Source: Ignavibacteria bacterium
GTDB taxonomy: Bacteria > Bacteroidota > Ignavibacteria > Kapaibacteriales > Kapaibacteriaceae
Reading direction: 5' to 3'
Assembly (NCBI GenBank): GCA_040380835.1
Contig: JBEIIK010000004.1
Coordinates: 1 to 55,706, forward strand
Length of the DNA: 55,706 nucleotides
Shown here: positions 47,352-55,706 of the stretch, piece by piece
Layout: every line of letters begins with the position of its first letter
How positions within the stretch are numbered: position 1 is the first letter of the stretch
Notes under the pieces: generated by a model
The model's database searches: none
Told to the model about the DNA's origin: nothing
The model's input: the letters and a program-made list of their open reading frames with translations, nothing else
Made by a program: the position numbers and the translations under genes

Positions 47352-49943
47352 ATGCACCCGTTTCAGCGCATCGCAGCGACGGCCCTTCTGACTGTCGTCA
47401 CAGTCCTGCTGCTTGTGGTTCCATGCCGGAACCTGCGAGCAGCCTCGGAGGATACCCCCGCGGCCCCCTTTCTCTCGAGCGATACTCGTAAAGTGTACGA
47501 TCTGGGTGGTTCATGGCAACGGATCGAAGATGGCGTTCCGGTGGGTTTGACGCGCGTTCCGGGAGACCTCGGCGGCACCGATGCCGTGCGCATTCGCAGG
47601 ACTCTCAAGATTGACAGTGCGGCGCTCTACGATCACACCTGGCATCTGCAACTATTCGGCATGGTCGATGCTGTGGAGCTGCTTGTCAACGGACGCTTCG
47701 TCATGCGATATCCGGGTGGCATGGTGCCTTTCGGCATTCGCATCCGCGAGGGCGTTCTCAGGCCAGGCCAGAATACCGTTGAGCTGCTGGTCACGCCGCC
47801 AAGCAAGCTCGCGATGAATATCCAGAGACTGTCTCGCAGCGCCGTAAAGCAATACCTCGGCGTACTGCGTGAAGTGTACCTGGTCGGCACACCGCATCTC
47901 TGGACCGAGAGCGTGCGCCTGCGTACGTCGATCCAGGGCGGCACCGGCACCGTTGCCGTCTCGGCCCGCGTGTTGAGTGGCCTGGTCGAGCGTCTTCAGG
48001 GGCTGCGCAGCGGATCGGACGGTCTCTCTAATGCGACGATGCCCTTCTCGCTGGACCTTCGCGTGGTGGATCGCGCCAGCGGCGCAGTTGTTGCGGCCTC
48101 GGCAGCGCAGGCGACCATCGGCCGCTCCCGCGAGACTGCACCGGCGATGACCGTGAATGTGCCCAACGTGCGTCTGTGGAGTCCGGCATCGCCAAATCTC
48201 TATGACCTCGAGTTCCGGCTTTCGGCAGGGGGCTCCATGGTGGATGTCTTCAGAATGCCGTTTGGGTTTCGATCTATTCGCGTGGCTACGGTCGATGGTG
48301 CTCGCAAACTGCTGCTCAACGATACCGTGCTTCGATTCCACGCCGTTGACTACGTCGAAGATGCACCGGGATACGGACCGACGATGACACGAAAGCAACT
48401 GGAGTTTGACGTCTCGCTGATGAAAACTCTTGGCGTGAATGCAATCCGAGTGCTGCATGGCAGCCCGCATCCGACGCTTCTCTCTCTCTGCGACCACTAC
48501 GGGATCCTGGTGCTTGCCGACATTCCCTGTGCCGATGTGCCGTCCAATATGATCGACGAACAGGAACTGGCCACACGCTACCGCAACATAGCCGAGCGCA
48601 CTGTCACTTTTCTTGATCAGCACCCCTCGGTGATGGGCTTCGGCCTGAGTGACGGTCTCGATGAGCGCGCGCCGTCGGTGATGCGCTATCATCAGCAGAT
48701 GGGCCAGTACCTGCGACGCAACTCCACAAAGCTCCTGTTCAAGGTAATATCCTCAGATCAGGTTGATCAGGCCAGTGAGGGTGGGTTTGACATGATCATG
48801 GTGCGTTTCAGGTCAATTGCCGACAGCGCAGGCCTGCTTTCGCTCCAGCGCCACTCAGGAGGTTCATTTGTCTCGGCAGCAGTCATCGCCGAATTCGGCT
48901 CGCTCGTCTCACCGGCCAACACCAGTGGCTTCAGCGACCCGCTCTCGAACGAGGCACAAGCCCTTCTGATCAGCAAGTTCTATGCCTGGAGCAACGCCGC
49001 TCAACTTGCCGGTGTTCTGGTCTGGACGTTCAATGATTTCACTCTGGAACGTCCGACAATGCTTGCAGACCATCATGACGCCTACATGTGTACCTCGGGA
49101 CTGGTTGATACGTACCGCCAGAGGCGTGTCTCGTACGAGATGTACAAGGCCCTGATCAACGACGAGAAGCTCCCCCTGCTGCAGGCCCGCGAGTCGGTGT
49201 TCTCCACCCCGGTGATCTTCATCGTTACAGGTCTTGTTCTGGGTATCAGTCTTGCCCTGCTGGCCAACCGCTCCCGACGATTCAGAGAGTACGTTGTTCG
49301 GGCTCTGTTGCGGCCCTATAACTTTTACGCCGATATCCGTGATCAGCGCATTCTTTCTACGGCACACACCGGCCTGCTTGCACTTGTGATCTCGGGGAGC
49401 GTCGGACTGGTGATCTCCTCGTTTCTTTACTTCGTCCGCGTGGATTCCACGGTCGAGAATGTCCTGCATGTTCTGATCTGGAGTGACGGCATGTACGAAG
49501 TGCTTCGCTTTGTGGCCTGGCAGCCCGCGCTTGCGGTTCTGGCCTGGTCGATCGTGGCGCTGGTGGTATTCGGTCTTTGCTGTCTGGCACTGCGGGCTGC
49601 GGCGGCATTTGTCAGGGGGCGCATCTCGATTCAGGACACATTCACCATCGTCGTCTGGTCCAGCCTGCCGTTTCTGATCCTGCTGCCGATCGGCATCGCT
49701 CTGCATCAGGCACTCACGGCCAACGAGCTCTCGGTATTTGTACCACTTACCGTCCTTGCTGTCTCTGCCTGGGTAGTGCTGCGCATACTAAGAGCCACCA
49801 GCGTGGTGTTCGACGCTCGCCCACTGATCGTCTACACGCTCGGACTGGGGCTGATCGTTGCCATAGCGGCGGCAACCTTTGTGTCACTAGATGTAACGCA
49901 TTACGGTTTTTCGTTCCTCTCGTTCTACCTGAGCGGCGTCTGA
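47352..49943 (+). CDS. GH2-like (beta-galactosidase/glucuronidase fold) protein with a C-terminal multi-TM domain
   Basis: DLGGSW, GVLREVYL, LWSPASPNLY, FGFR, MKTLGVNAIR..H, CDHYGILV, HPSV, AEFG, WTFNDF and GLVD..R..R; six to seven hydrophobic helices at the C-terminus. Confidence 0.75.
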   Translation: MHPFQRIAATALLTVVTVLLLVVPCRNLRAASEDTPAAPFLSSDTRKVYDLGGSWQRIEDGVPVGLTRVPGDLGGTDAVRIRRTLKIDSAALYDHTWHLQLFGMVDAVELLVNGRFVMRYPGGMVPFGIRIREGVLRPGQNTVELLVTPPSKLAMNIQRLSRSAVKQYLGVLREVYLVGTPHLWTESVRLRTSIQGGTGTVAVSARVLSGLVERLQGLRSGSDGLSNATMPFSLDLRVVDRASGAVVAASAAQATIGRSRETAPAMTVNVPNVRLWSPASPNLYDLEFRLSAGGSMVDVFRMPFGFRSIRVATVDGARKLLLNDTVLRFHAVDYVEDAPGYGPTMTRKQLEFDVSLMKTLGVNAIRVLHGSPHPTLLSLCDHYGILVLADIPCADVPSNMIDEQELATRYRNIAERTVTFLDQHPSVMGFGLSDGLDERAPSVMRYHQQMGQYLRRNSTKLLFKVISSDQVDQASEGGFDMIMVRFRSIADSAGLLSLQRHSGGSFVSAAVIAEFGSLVSPANTSGFSDPLSNEAQALLISKFYAWSNAAQLAGVLVWTFNDFTLERPTMLADHHDAYMCTSGLVDTYRQRRVSYEMYKALINDEKLPLLQARESVFSTPVIFIVTGLVLGISLALLANRSRRFREYVVRALLRPYNFYADIRDQRILSTAHTGLLALVISGSVGLVISSFLYFVRVDSTVENVLHVLIWSDGMYEVLRFVAWQPALAVLAWSIVALVVFGLCCLALRAAAAFVRGRISIQDTFTIVVWSSLPFLILLPIGIALHQALTANELSVFVPLTVLAVSAWVVLRILRATSVVFDARPLIVYTLGLGLIVAIAAATFVSLDVTHYGFSFLSFYLSGV

Positions 49944-49950
49944 GGCGTCC

Positions 49951-51030
49951 ATGATCTCGCCGGCTACATTCATCCCAGCGGTTCAACGCCAGCTCAATGA
50001 GCGCGAGCGTACCATCCTGCAGGCCGTTGTGCACCTGTTCATCCTGAGCGGCACGCCCGTCGGCTCGAGGGTTCTTTCGTCGTTTCTTGAGCGCACCATG
50101 CCGCTGAGTCCGGCAACGATCCGTAATACGATGGCCGACCTGGAATTGATGGGCTACATTACTCATCCGCACACCTCGGCCGGACGCATGCCTACCGACC
50201 GGGGCTATCGGTTCTATGTGGATTCACTTAGTGAGGGAAAGACCGGTGGCAGTCCGCCTGCGGAACTCAACGCCACTGACGATGCCGTGCGTGACCTGCT
50301 AGCTGCTCCGAAGGAAAGCGTCGTGCGTGATGCCTCGCGCATTCTAGGTTCGCTAAGCCGTCATATGGCACTGGTGCAGATCCCACGATTTCGTGAGGCT
50401 CTGGTGCGCAAGGTAGAGATCGTGGCACTGAGCAGCGAGCGTTTTGTAGTGATCATTGACCTAGACAGCGAGGTCGTTCGCACGATCAGCCTGGAAACAC
50501 GCTCGGCCGTTGATGCTGATTCCGTTCGGGAAATTGCCCGGATGCTCAACGAGCGGCTAACTGGACGCCCCCTTCAGCACGTCGTGACGCTTGCCACCTC
50601 AGATAGCACCGCCGATGGAATCGAACCGGCACTGCTGCGCCTGTTTGTAGAGCAGATCGGAAGCTTCGCCGCCACTGACCAGGGGGCAACGGTGCATGTG
50701 TCCGGCACGACGAATCTGATCTCTGCCGCAGAGAACGAGTCGCCCGAGCGCCTGCGGAGCATCATTGAACTGATCGAGAATGAAGACGTGGTCGTACACC
50801 TGCTCGGAACATCATCCTCGCCCGACGGTGTAACGATCCGTATCGGCAATGAGATTCCAAACGCCGAACTTCACAACTACTCGCTGATAACCTCCACCTA
50901 CCGGGCGGGTGCGGCCCGCGGCACGCTGGGAGTGATCGGACCCCGCCGAATGGACTATGGACGTCTGATCGGCATCGTTCAGCTGATGTCGGGCGTACTT
51001 AGTAGAACCTTCGGCCAGGGCACACCATAG
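49951..51030 (+). CDS. hrcA: Heat-inducible transcription repressor
   Basis: PVGS, SPATIRNTMADLE, PHTSAGRMPTDRGYRFYVD and GVIGPRRMDY. Confidence 0.96.
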   Translation: MISPATFIPAVQRQLNERERTILQAVVHLFILSGTPVGSRVLSSFLERTMPLSPATIRNTMADLELMGYITHPHTSAGRMPTDRGYRFYVDSLSEGKTGGSPPAELNATDDAVRDLLAAPKESVVRDASRILGSLSRHMALVQIPRFREALVRKVEIVALSSERFVVIIDLDSEVVRTISLETRSAVDADSVREIARMLNERLTGRPLQHVVTLATSDSTADGIEPALLRLFVEQIGSFAATDQGATVHVSGTTNLISAAENESPERLRSIIELIENEDVVVHLLGTSSSPDGVTIRIGNEIPNAELHNYSLITSTYRAGAARGTLGVIGPRRMDYGRLIGIVQLMSGVLSRTFGQGTP

Positions 51031-51088
51031 TTACCTCACATTCGTCATGCGGCGCTCTCCCCCATGACTTCTCTGCAGGACACGTATC

Positions 51089-51616
51089 ATGATTGAATCA
51101 GAACAGAATACGACTCCCGAATCAACCGACGAGCTCTCGCAACTGCAACAGCTGCAGCGCGAGATCGACGAATGGAAAGACCTTGCCGCAAGGCGCCTGG
51201 CCGATTTGGAGAACATGCGCCGGCGGACGGCTCTGGAGAAGCAGGACCTTCATCTGCGAGCTTCGGAACATGTGATCACCAAGATGCTTCCCGTGCTGGA
51301 TGATCTGCATGCCGCCGCAGCGGCGGCATCTGCCACTAACGACGTTCAGCCGCTGCGAACGGGCATCGAAATGATCTACGCCAAGGCCTGTCAGATCTTT
51401 GAGGAGGCCGGCGTTCGGGTACTAGATGCCGAACCGGGTCAACCCTTCGACGTTGAGTTTCATGAGTCGCTCATGCATGCCCCCTCCCAGGAACATCCCG
51501 AGGGACATATCGTGCAGCCGGTCATGCGTGGGTACCAGCTTCATGACCGTGTTTTGCGGCATGCCAAGGTCATCACTTCGGCAGGACTTCTCCCACACTC
51601 GGAGGCCGAATCCTGA
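51089..51616 (+). CDS. grpE: Nucleotide exchange factor GrpE
   Basis: [22 protein letters not shown] and [14 protein letters not shown]. Confidence 0.94.
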   Translation: MIESEQNTTPESTDELSQLQQLQREIDEWKDLAARRLADLENMRRRTALEKQDLHLRASEHVITKMLPVLDDLHAAAAAASATNDVQPLRTGIEMIYAKACQIFEEAGVRVLDAEPGQPFDVEFHESLMHAPSQEHPEGHIVQPVMRGYQLHDRVLRHAKVITSAGLLPHSEAES

Positions 51617-52758
51617 TGGCACAGCGCGACTATTACGAAATTCTCGGAGTGAGCCGGTCGGCCGGTGCCGACGAGATCAAATCGGCCTATCGTAAGCTGG
51701 CAATGAAGTACCATCCGGACCGCAATCCGGACGATTCCAACGCCGAGACAATGTTCAAGGAGGCAGCGCAGGCCTACGATGTGCTGAGTGACCCCGATAA
51801 ACGAGCTCGCTATGATCAGTACGGCGAAGCCGGGCTTGGCAGTCAGTCCTACGGCGATTACACCAACGTAAACGACATCTTCAGTGCCTTCGGAGACATC
51901 TTCGGTCAGTCCGTCTTTGGTGACATGTTCGGCGGGCAGCGCTCACGTGGTCCGCGCTCACGCAAAGAGCCTGGTGCCGACCTTCGCATCCGAATGACAC
52001 TAACGCTTGAGGAGATCGCCGAGGGCGTCGAGAAGACCATCAAGATCCGGCACTACCGTGCCTGCGGCACGTGCTCGGGAAGCGGTGCCGGTTCCGACGG
52101 AGGATACATCACCTGCTCGGCCTGCCAGGGCAGCGGCGAGGTGCGTCAGGTCTCGCGCAGCGTCTTCGGTCAGTTCATCAACATCGCCCCCTGCGCTCAG
52201 TGCAGCGGAAGCGGAGAGATCCTTCGTGACCGGTGCAAGACGTGCGAAGGCGAAGGCCGCGTCGAAGGAGAATCGTCGGTAAAAGTCACGATTCCTGCCG
52301 GAGTTCGCTCAGGGAATTATCTGTCGGTCACCGGAAAGGGGCACGCTGGACGTCGAGGGGGTCAGGCAGGCGATGCGATCGTCGTGGTCGAGGAAGCCGA
52401 GCACGATGTCTTTGAACGTCACGAAGACGACGTGGTCATGCAGATGACCATTGACGTACCGACAGCAGCCCTGGGTGGAACCGTTGACGTACCAACGCTT
52501 TCGGGAACGGCAGAACTCGATATCGAACCCGGCACGCAGCCGGGCGCAATGCTGCGGCTCAAGGGCAAGGGCATACCGCATCTGAACAGCCGCGGACGTG
52601 GCGATCAGCTGGTAGAGGTCACTGTCTTTATTCCAAAGAAACTCAGCTCAGACGAACGCAAGGTGCTCGAGTCCCTCAAGGGCTCGAAGAACTTCACAAC
52701 GCGCGACAATTCGTCGGCGTCATCTTTCTTCCACAAGTTCAAGGAAGCGCTCTCATAA
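51616..52758 (+). CDS. dnaJ: Chaperone DnaJ
   Basis: J domain with HPD, G/F region and four CxxCxGxG repeats. Confidence 0.97.
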   Translation: MAQRDYYEILGVSRSAGADEIKSAYRKLAMKYHPDRNPDDSNAETMFKEAAQAYDVLSDPDKRARYDQYGEAGLGSQSYGDYTNVNDIFSAFGDIFGQSVFGDMFGGQRSRGPRSRKEPGADLRIRMTLTLEEIAEGVEKTIKIRHYRACGTCSGSGAGSDGGYITCSACQGSGEVRQVSRSVFGQFINIAPCAQCSGSGEILRDRCKTCEGEGRVEGESSVKVTIPAGVRSGNYLSVTGKGHAGRRGGQAGDAIVVVEEAEHDVFERHEDDVVMQMTIDVPTAALGGTVDVPTLSGTAELDIEPGTQPGAMLRLKGKGIPHLNSRGRGDQLVEVTVFIPKKLSSDERKVLESLKGSKNFTTRDNSSASSFFHKFKEALS

Positions 52759-52785
52759 CCGTGGCGCTTCCGGGAGTATCCCGCG

Positions 52786-53295
52786 ATGCGACACGTTTTG
52801 ACCTTCCTCCAGAACCACCTGCACGTTACGCGCAGCGAGGCGACGTTCGTCGGTGTGTTCACAACCCTTATCCTTCTCGGCACGGCCGGAGCCAAACTTC
52901 TGCCGGTGATGTCCGACAGCGGTCTGCATGAGCATGCGTCCGTTGAATCGCTGCTGACGACTCTCGATAGCCTGGGACGTCAGGAGCAGACGGCGCCTAG
53001 CACCGGTCGACCCGACACAGCGCGCCCAGGGCAGATTCCTCAGGGGGCTGAGCAGGCCTCTGCCGGGGGTAGGCGTGGTGCATCGGGCAAGCCCCTTCCC
53101 GGAACGCTCATTAACCTCAATTCCGCCCCGGCTCGGGAGCTGGAACGCATCCCGGGCATCGGTCCGGCCATGTCGCAGCGCATCATTGAGCGACGACGCC
53201 AGCGCCCCTTCACCAGTATCGAGGACCTGATGGACGTCAAGGGAATCGGGCAAAAGACCCTCGAAAAAATGCGCCCGTATATCAGCGTGCCGTAA
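52786..53295 (+). CDS. comEA: ComEA-family helix-hairpin-helix DNA-binding protein
   Basis: N-terminal TM, then INLNSA...LERIPGIGP...F.SIEDL..VKGIG. Confidence 0.85.
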   Translation: MRHVLTFLQNHLHVTRSEATFVGVFTTLILLGTAGAKLLPVMSDSGLHEHASVESLLTTLDSLGRQEQTAPSTGRPDTARPGQIPQGAEQASAGGRRGASGKPLPGTLINLNSAPARELERIPGIGPAMSQRIIERRRQRPFTSIEDLMDVKGIGQKTLEKMRPYISVP

Positions 53296-53308
53296 ATTCA
53301 CGGCCCGT

Positions 53309-54133
53309 ATGGTCACAACCGTTTATCTACATCCGCGACGCACGCTCATCGCAACATGGTCCACGCGGAACGACGTTCCGATGCTGACCGGCTATCGTGA
53401 ACTCGACCCGGGCGCAATGCAGGACCTGCGTGCCGAACTGGATGCTCCTCCGACGGTTGTAGTGATCAGCCGCGGTTGGTTTATCCACGGCTTTCCAACC
53501 TCGACAGCCAATTCGGACGCGCAGCGTCGTACATTCGAACTGGAACAGATCTGCAGCATCAGTCCCGGCGCAATGCCGCAGATCGATCTCGAATGCTCTC
53601 TCCCTACGGCGGGCGAGGCTCACTGGCGCACGCTCACATGTGTGCGGTCCAGTGCCGTGAAAGAACTTCACGAGGATATTGGATCGCCATGCCGGATCAT
53701 GTCCGACGTTCGTGCCGACGTTTACGCAGCGCTTTCAAGCGTGCCTCCGCAGTCCGAGCACTGGCTCATGTTCGGACGTCGAGGCGATCAGTTTATCACG
53801 GCCGTGATCGGAACCGACCACCGTCCCGAACTTCTCAGTGCGCAACCCGTTGTTCAGGGGCTGCCCCTGCAGGATGCGATTTTTGCAGAACTGGCTCTGA
53901 TACGGCAGCGTCATGGTGTACACATCAACCACGTCCTGCTCTTCGGGGATCACCTCACCATTGGCATGTTCGAAACGATCAGGCCGCTTCTACGTCAGGC
54001 CAACATAAAAGCAGCCCGCCTGCAGCCCTTTCGCAACGTCGGCTCCGAGCTGGATGCCGAGGCTGAGCGGCGCATCATCGCAAGGGCCCACGTTGTGGCC
54101 CCGGTCATGGCTGCTCTGTTTACGGACGTATAG
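53309..54133 (+). CDS. Hypothetical protein with weak PilM/actin-like C-terminal resemblance
   Basis: Fills the comEA-rsmD gap in the same orientation; INHVLLFGD...LQPF...APVMAAL pattern. Confidence 0.5.
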   Translation: MVTTVYLHPRRTLIATWSTRNDVPMLTGYRELDPGAMQDLRAELDAPPTVVVISRGWFIHGFPTSTANSDAQRRTFELEQICSISPGAMPQIDLECSLPTAGEAHWRTLTCVRSSAVKELHEDIGSPCRIMSDVRADVYAALSSVPPQSEHWLMFGRRGDQFITAVIGTDHRPELLSAQPVVQGLPLQDAIFAELALIRQRHGVHINHVLLFGDHLTIGMFETIRPLLRQANIKAARLQPFRNVGSELDAEAERRIIARAHVVAPVMAALFTDV

Positions 54134-54158
54134 GTCCAACGGCAAACCACAACGCATC

Positions 54159-54719
54159 ATGCGCATCATTGCAGGAGCATTCAAGCGAACCGTGATCCCC
54201 GCCGCGCCCGGCATGGCCACACGCCCAACGACGGACCGCATGCGCGAGTCGATTTTCGATGTTCTGGAGCGGTCGATTACAAGCTGGGACATCCATGTTC
54301 TCGACCTCTATGCCGGCAGCGGGATTCTGAGCTGGGAAGCATTCAGTCGCGGGGCTCGCTCGGCCACACTCATCGACGCTTCGGTTGAGATCTGCCGGCA
54401 TCTACGCTCTGTGGCCATCACGCTGGGTATCAGCGATAACGTGGAGATCATTCGCGCCGATGTACCGGCATACCTTCGCGCGGCGCAGCAGCATGGAGTC
54501 GGACTTGCCTTTGCCGACCCACCCTATGCCCAGAAGCACGGCAATACCGTGGTGCGGCTACTGGCCGGATCGTCCATACTTGACTCGGGCGCTATGGGCG
54601 TTATCGAACATGGTGATCAGGAATTCATTCTACCCTGTGAAGGTTTCGAGTCAGCATGGCATGGCACCTTCGGTAGCAGCGTCGTGGACGTTCTGCGGCG
54701 TGTCGGGCCCGTGGCGTAA
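54159..54719 (+). CDS. rsmD: 16S rRNA m2G966 methyltransferase
   Basis: MRIIAG, TRPTTDRMRESIF, LDLYAGSG and ADPPY; start ATG 54159. Confidence 0.93.
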   Translation: MRIIAGAFKRTVIPAAPGMATRPTTDRMRESIFDVLERSITSWDIHVLDLYAGSGILSWEAFSRGARSATLIDASVEICRHLRSVAITLGISDNVEIIRADVPAYLRAAQQHGVGLAFADPPYAQKHGNTVVRLLAGSSILDSGAMGVIEHGDQEFILPCEGFESAWHGTFGSSVVDVLRRVGPVA

Positions 54720-54730
54720 GTTTGCCTTCG

Positions 54731-55210
54731 ATGAGTACGCACGCCATCTATCCGGGATCATTCGACCCGATCACCATGGGCCACGTGGACGTGATCGAAC
54801 GCGCCGCGCAGATGTTCGACCGTGTTACGGTGGTAATTGCCCGGAACAGCAAGAAGACGCCCCTTTTCAACGAAGAGGAGCGACTCGAAATGGCCGTCGA
54901 ATCCCTACGCCAACTGCCCAACGTCAGCGTAACAGTCCATGACGGACTCGTGGTTGATTTTGCCGAGCAGGCCGGCGCCAGCGTGATTGTCAGGGGGCTG
55001 CGTGCGGTCACCGACTTCGAATACGAGTTTCAGATCGCCCTGATGAACCGCAAGCTCCAGCCCAACGTAAGCACCATATTTCTGATGCCGCACGAAAAGT
55101 ACACCTACCTCAACTCGAGCATCATCCGCGAGCTCGGACGCTACCGCCGCGAGCTCTCCGAGTTCGTCCCGGCGATCGTTGCCGAACGCCTGAAAGAGAA
55201 ATTCGCATGA
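54731..55210 (+). CDS. coaD: Pantetheine-phosphate adenylyltransferase
   Basis: IYPGSFDPITMGH, VRGLRAVTDFEYE and SSIIRE; start ATG 54731. Confidence 0.97.
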   Translation: MSTHAIYPGSFDPITMGHVDVIERAAQMFDRVTVVIARNSKKTPLFNEEERLEMAVESLRQLPNVSVTVHDGLVVDFAEQAGASVIVRGLRAVTDFEYEFQIALMNRKLQPNVSTIFLMPHEKYTYLNSSIIRELGRYRRELSEFVPAIVAERLKEKFA

Positions 55211-55706
55211 AGGTTCACATCCTGACGCTGGGATGCAGTAAGAACACGGTTGACAGTGAGACGCTGGCCGGACATCTGACGGCTAATTCCCTCGAGCTCG
55301 CCACTGATATCGACGACGCCGATACGCTGGTGATCAACACCTGTGGCTTCATCGACCAGGCCAAGGAAGAAAGCGTCAATGCGATTCTCGAGGCCGCCAA
55401 GCTGCGCAGCAGCGGACGCCTGAAGCAGCTTGTAGTGGCCGGGTGCCTGAGCGAGCGTTACGGTGACGATCTGCGACGCGAGATCCCCGAGGTCGATCAC
55501 TTCTTCGGCACTGAAGCCTATGGTCAGATCATCAAGGCTATCTCGCCGGACCTCAAATACACACTCTTGGGCGAGCGGATCCTGACAAGCCCCGTGCCCT
55601 ATGCTTACCTGAAGATCTCCGAAGGATGCGATCACCCCTGCTCATTCTGTGCCATCCCGGTCATGCGCGGCAAACACCGCAGCATCGACCAGGACACCCT
55701 CGTGAC
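55207..55706 (+). CDS. rimO: Ribosomal protein S12 methylthiotransferase, 3'-truncated by the window edge
   Basis: Not in the ORF track. Manual translation gives MKVHILTLGCSKNTVDSE...INTCGFI..AKEES...GCLSERY...YAYLKISEGCDHPCSFCAIP; ATGA overlap with coaD. Confidence 0.92.
   Translation, partial: MKVHILTLGCSKNTVDSETLAGHLTANSLELATDIDDADTLVINTCGFIDQAKEESVNAILEAAKLRSSGRLKQLVVAGCLSERYGDDLRREIPEVDHFFGTEAYGQIIKAISPDLKYTLLGERILTSPVPYAYLKISEGCDHPCSFCAIPVMRGKHRSIDQDTLV

Noticed and set aside
47652-49706. Minus-strand ORFs of 346 aa and 265 aa
   Set aside because: Antisense to the GH2-like gene; composition typical of shadow frames.
55141-55635. 164-aa minus-strand ORF
   Set aside because: Antisense to the partial rimO.
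1-55706. CRISPR arrays, tRNA or rRNA genes, IS elements and a full parS palindrome
   Set aside because: None seen; intergenic gaps are at most about 220 nt. This was a visual scan, so short RNAs could be missed.

Overview
Gene-dense bacterial chromosomal window with about 43 CDSs and no rRNA, tRNA, CRISPR array, integrase or transposase that I can see. Type IX secretion genes (sprA, porQ-like, a C25 peptidase with a C-terminal YPNP domain, a GldL-like protein) and TAnnTT(T/C)G promoter elements point to the Bacteroidota/Chlorobi/Ignavibacteria group, possibly Ca. Kapabacteria; this is inference only. Most genes are housekeeping: gyrA, lat, nrnA-like, ppiD/surA-like, hpnC/hpnD, nuoE, truA, mtaB, parAB, hrcA-grpE-dnaJ, rsmD, coaD and rimO. 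Five things stand out. (1) A translationally coupled acyl-CoA ligase, nitroreductase and type III PKS run off the left edge; the PKS is absent from the ORF track. (2) A 4-TM protein whose C-terminal helix pair resembles the T9SS/gliding motor subunit GldL has no gldM beside it. (3) An imuA-less mutagenesis cassette (XRE-HTH/UmuD-like repressor with a 1-nt frameshift, short ImuB/ImuY-like gene, 78-aa gene, dnaE2) sits divergent from alkB and carries a near-perfect 29-bp operator-like palindrome. (4) Eight genes have a -7 promoter-like element 3-6 nt before the ATG, suggesting frequent leaderless mRNAs. (5) A membrane-anchored GH2-like protein lacking the usual acid/base Glu heads the hrcA-grpE-dnaJ run. 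All calls come from reading motifs by eye; no database search was run.
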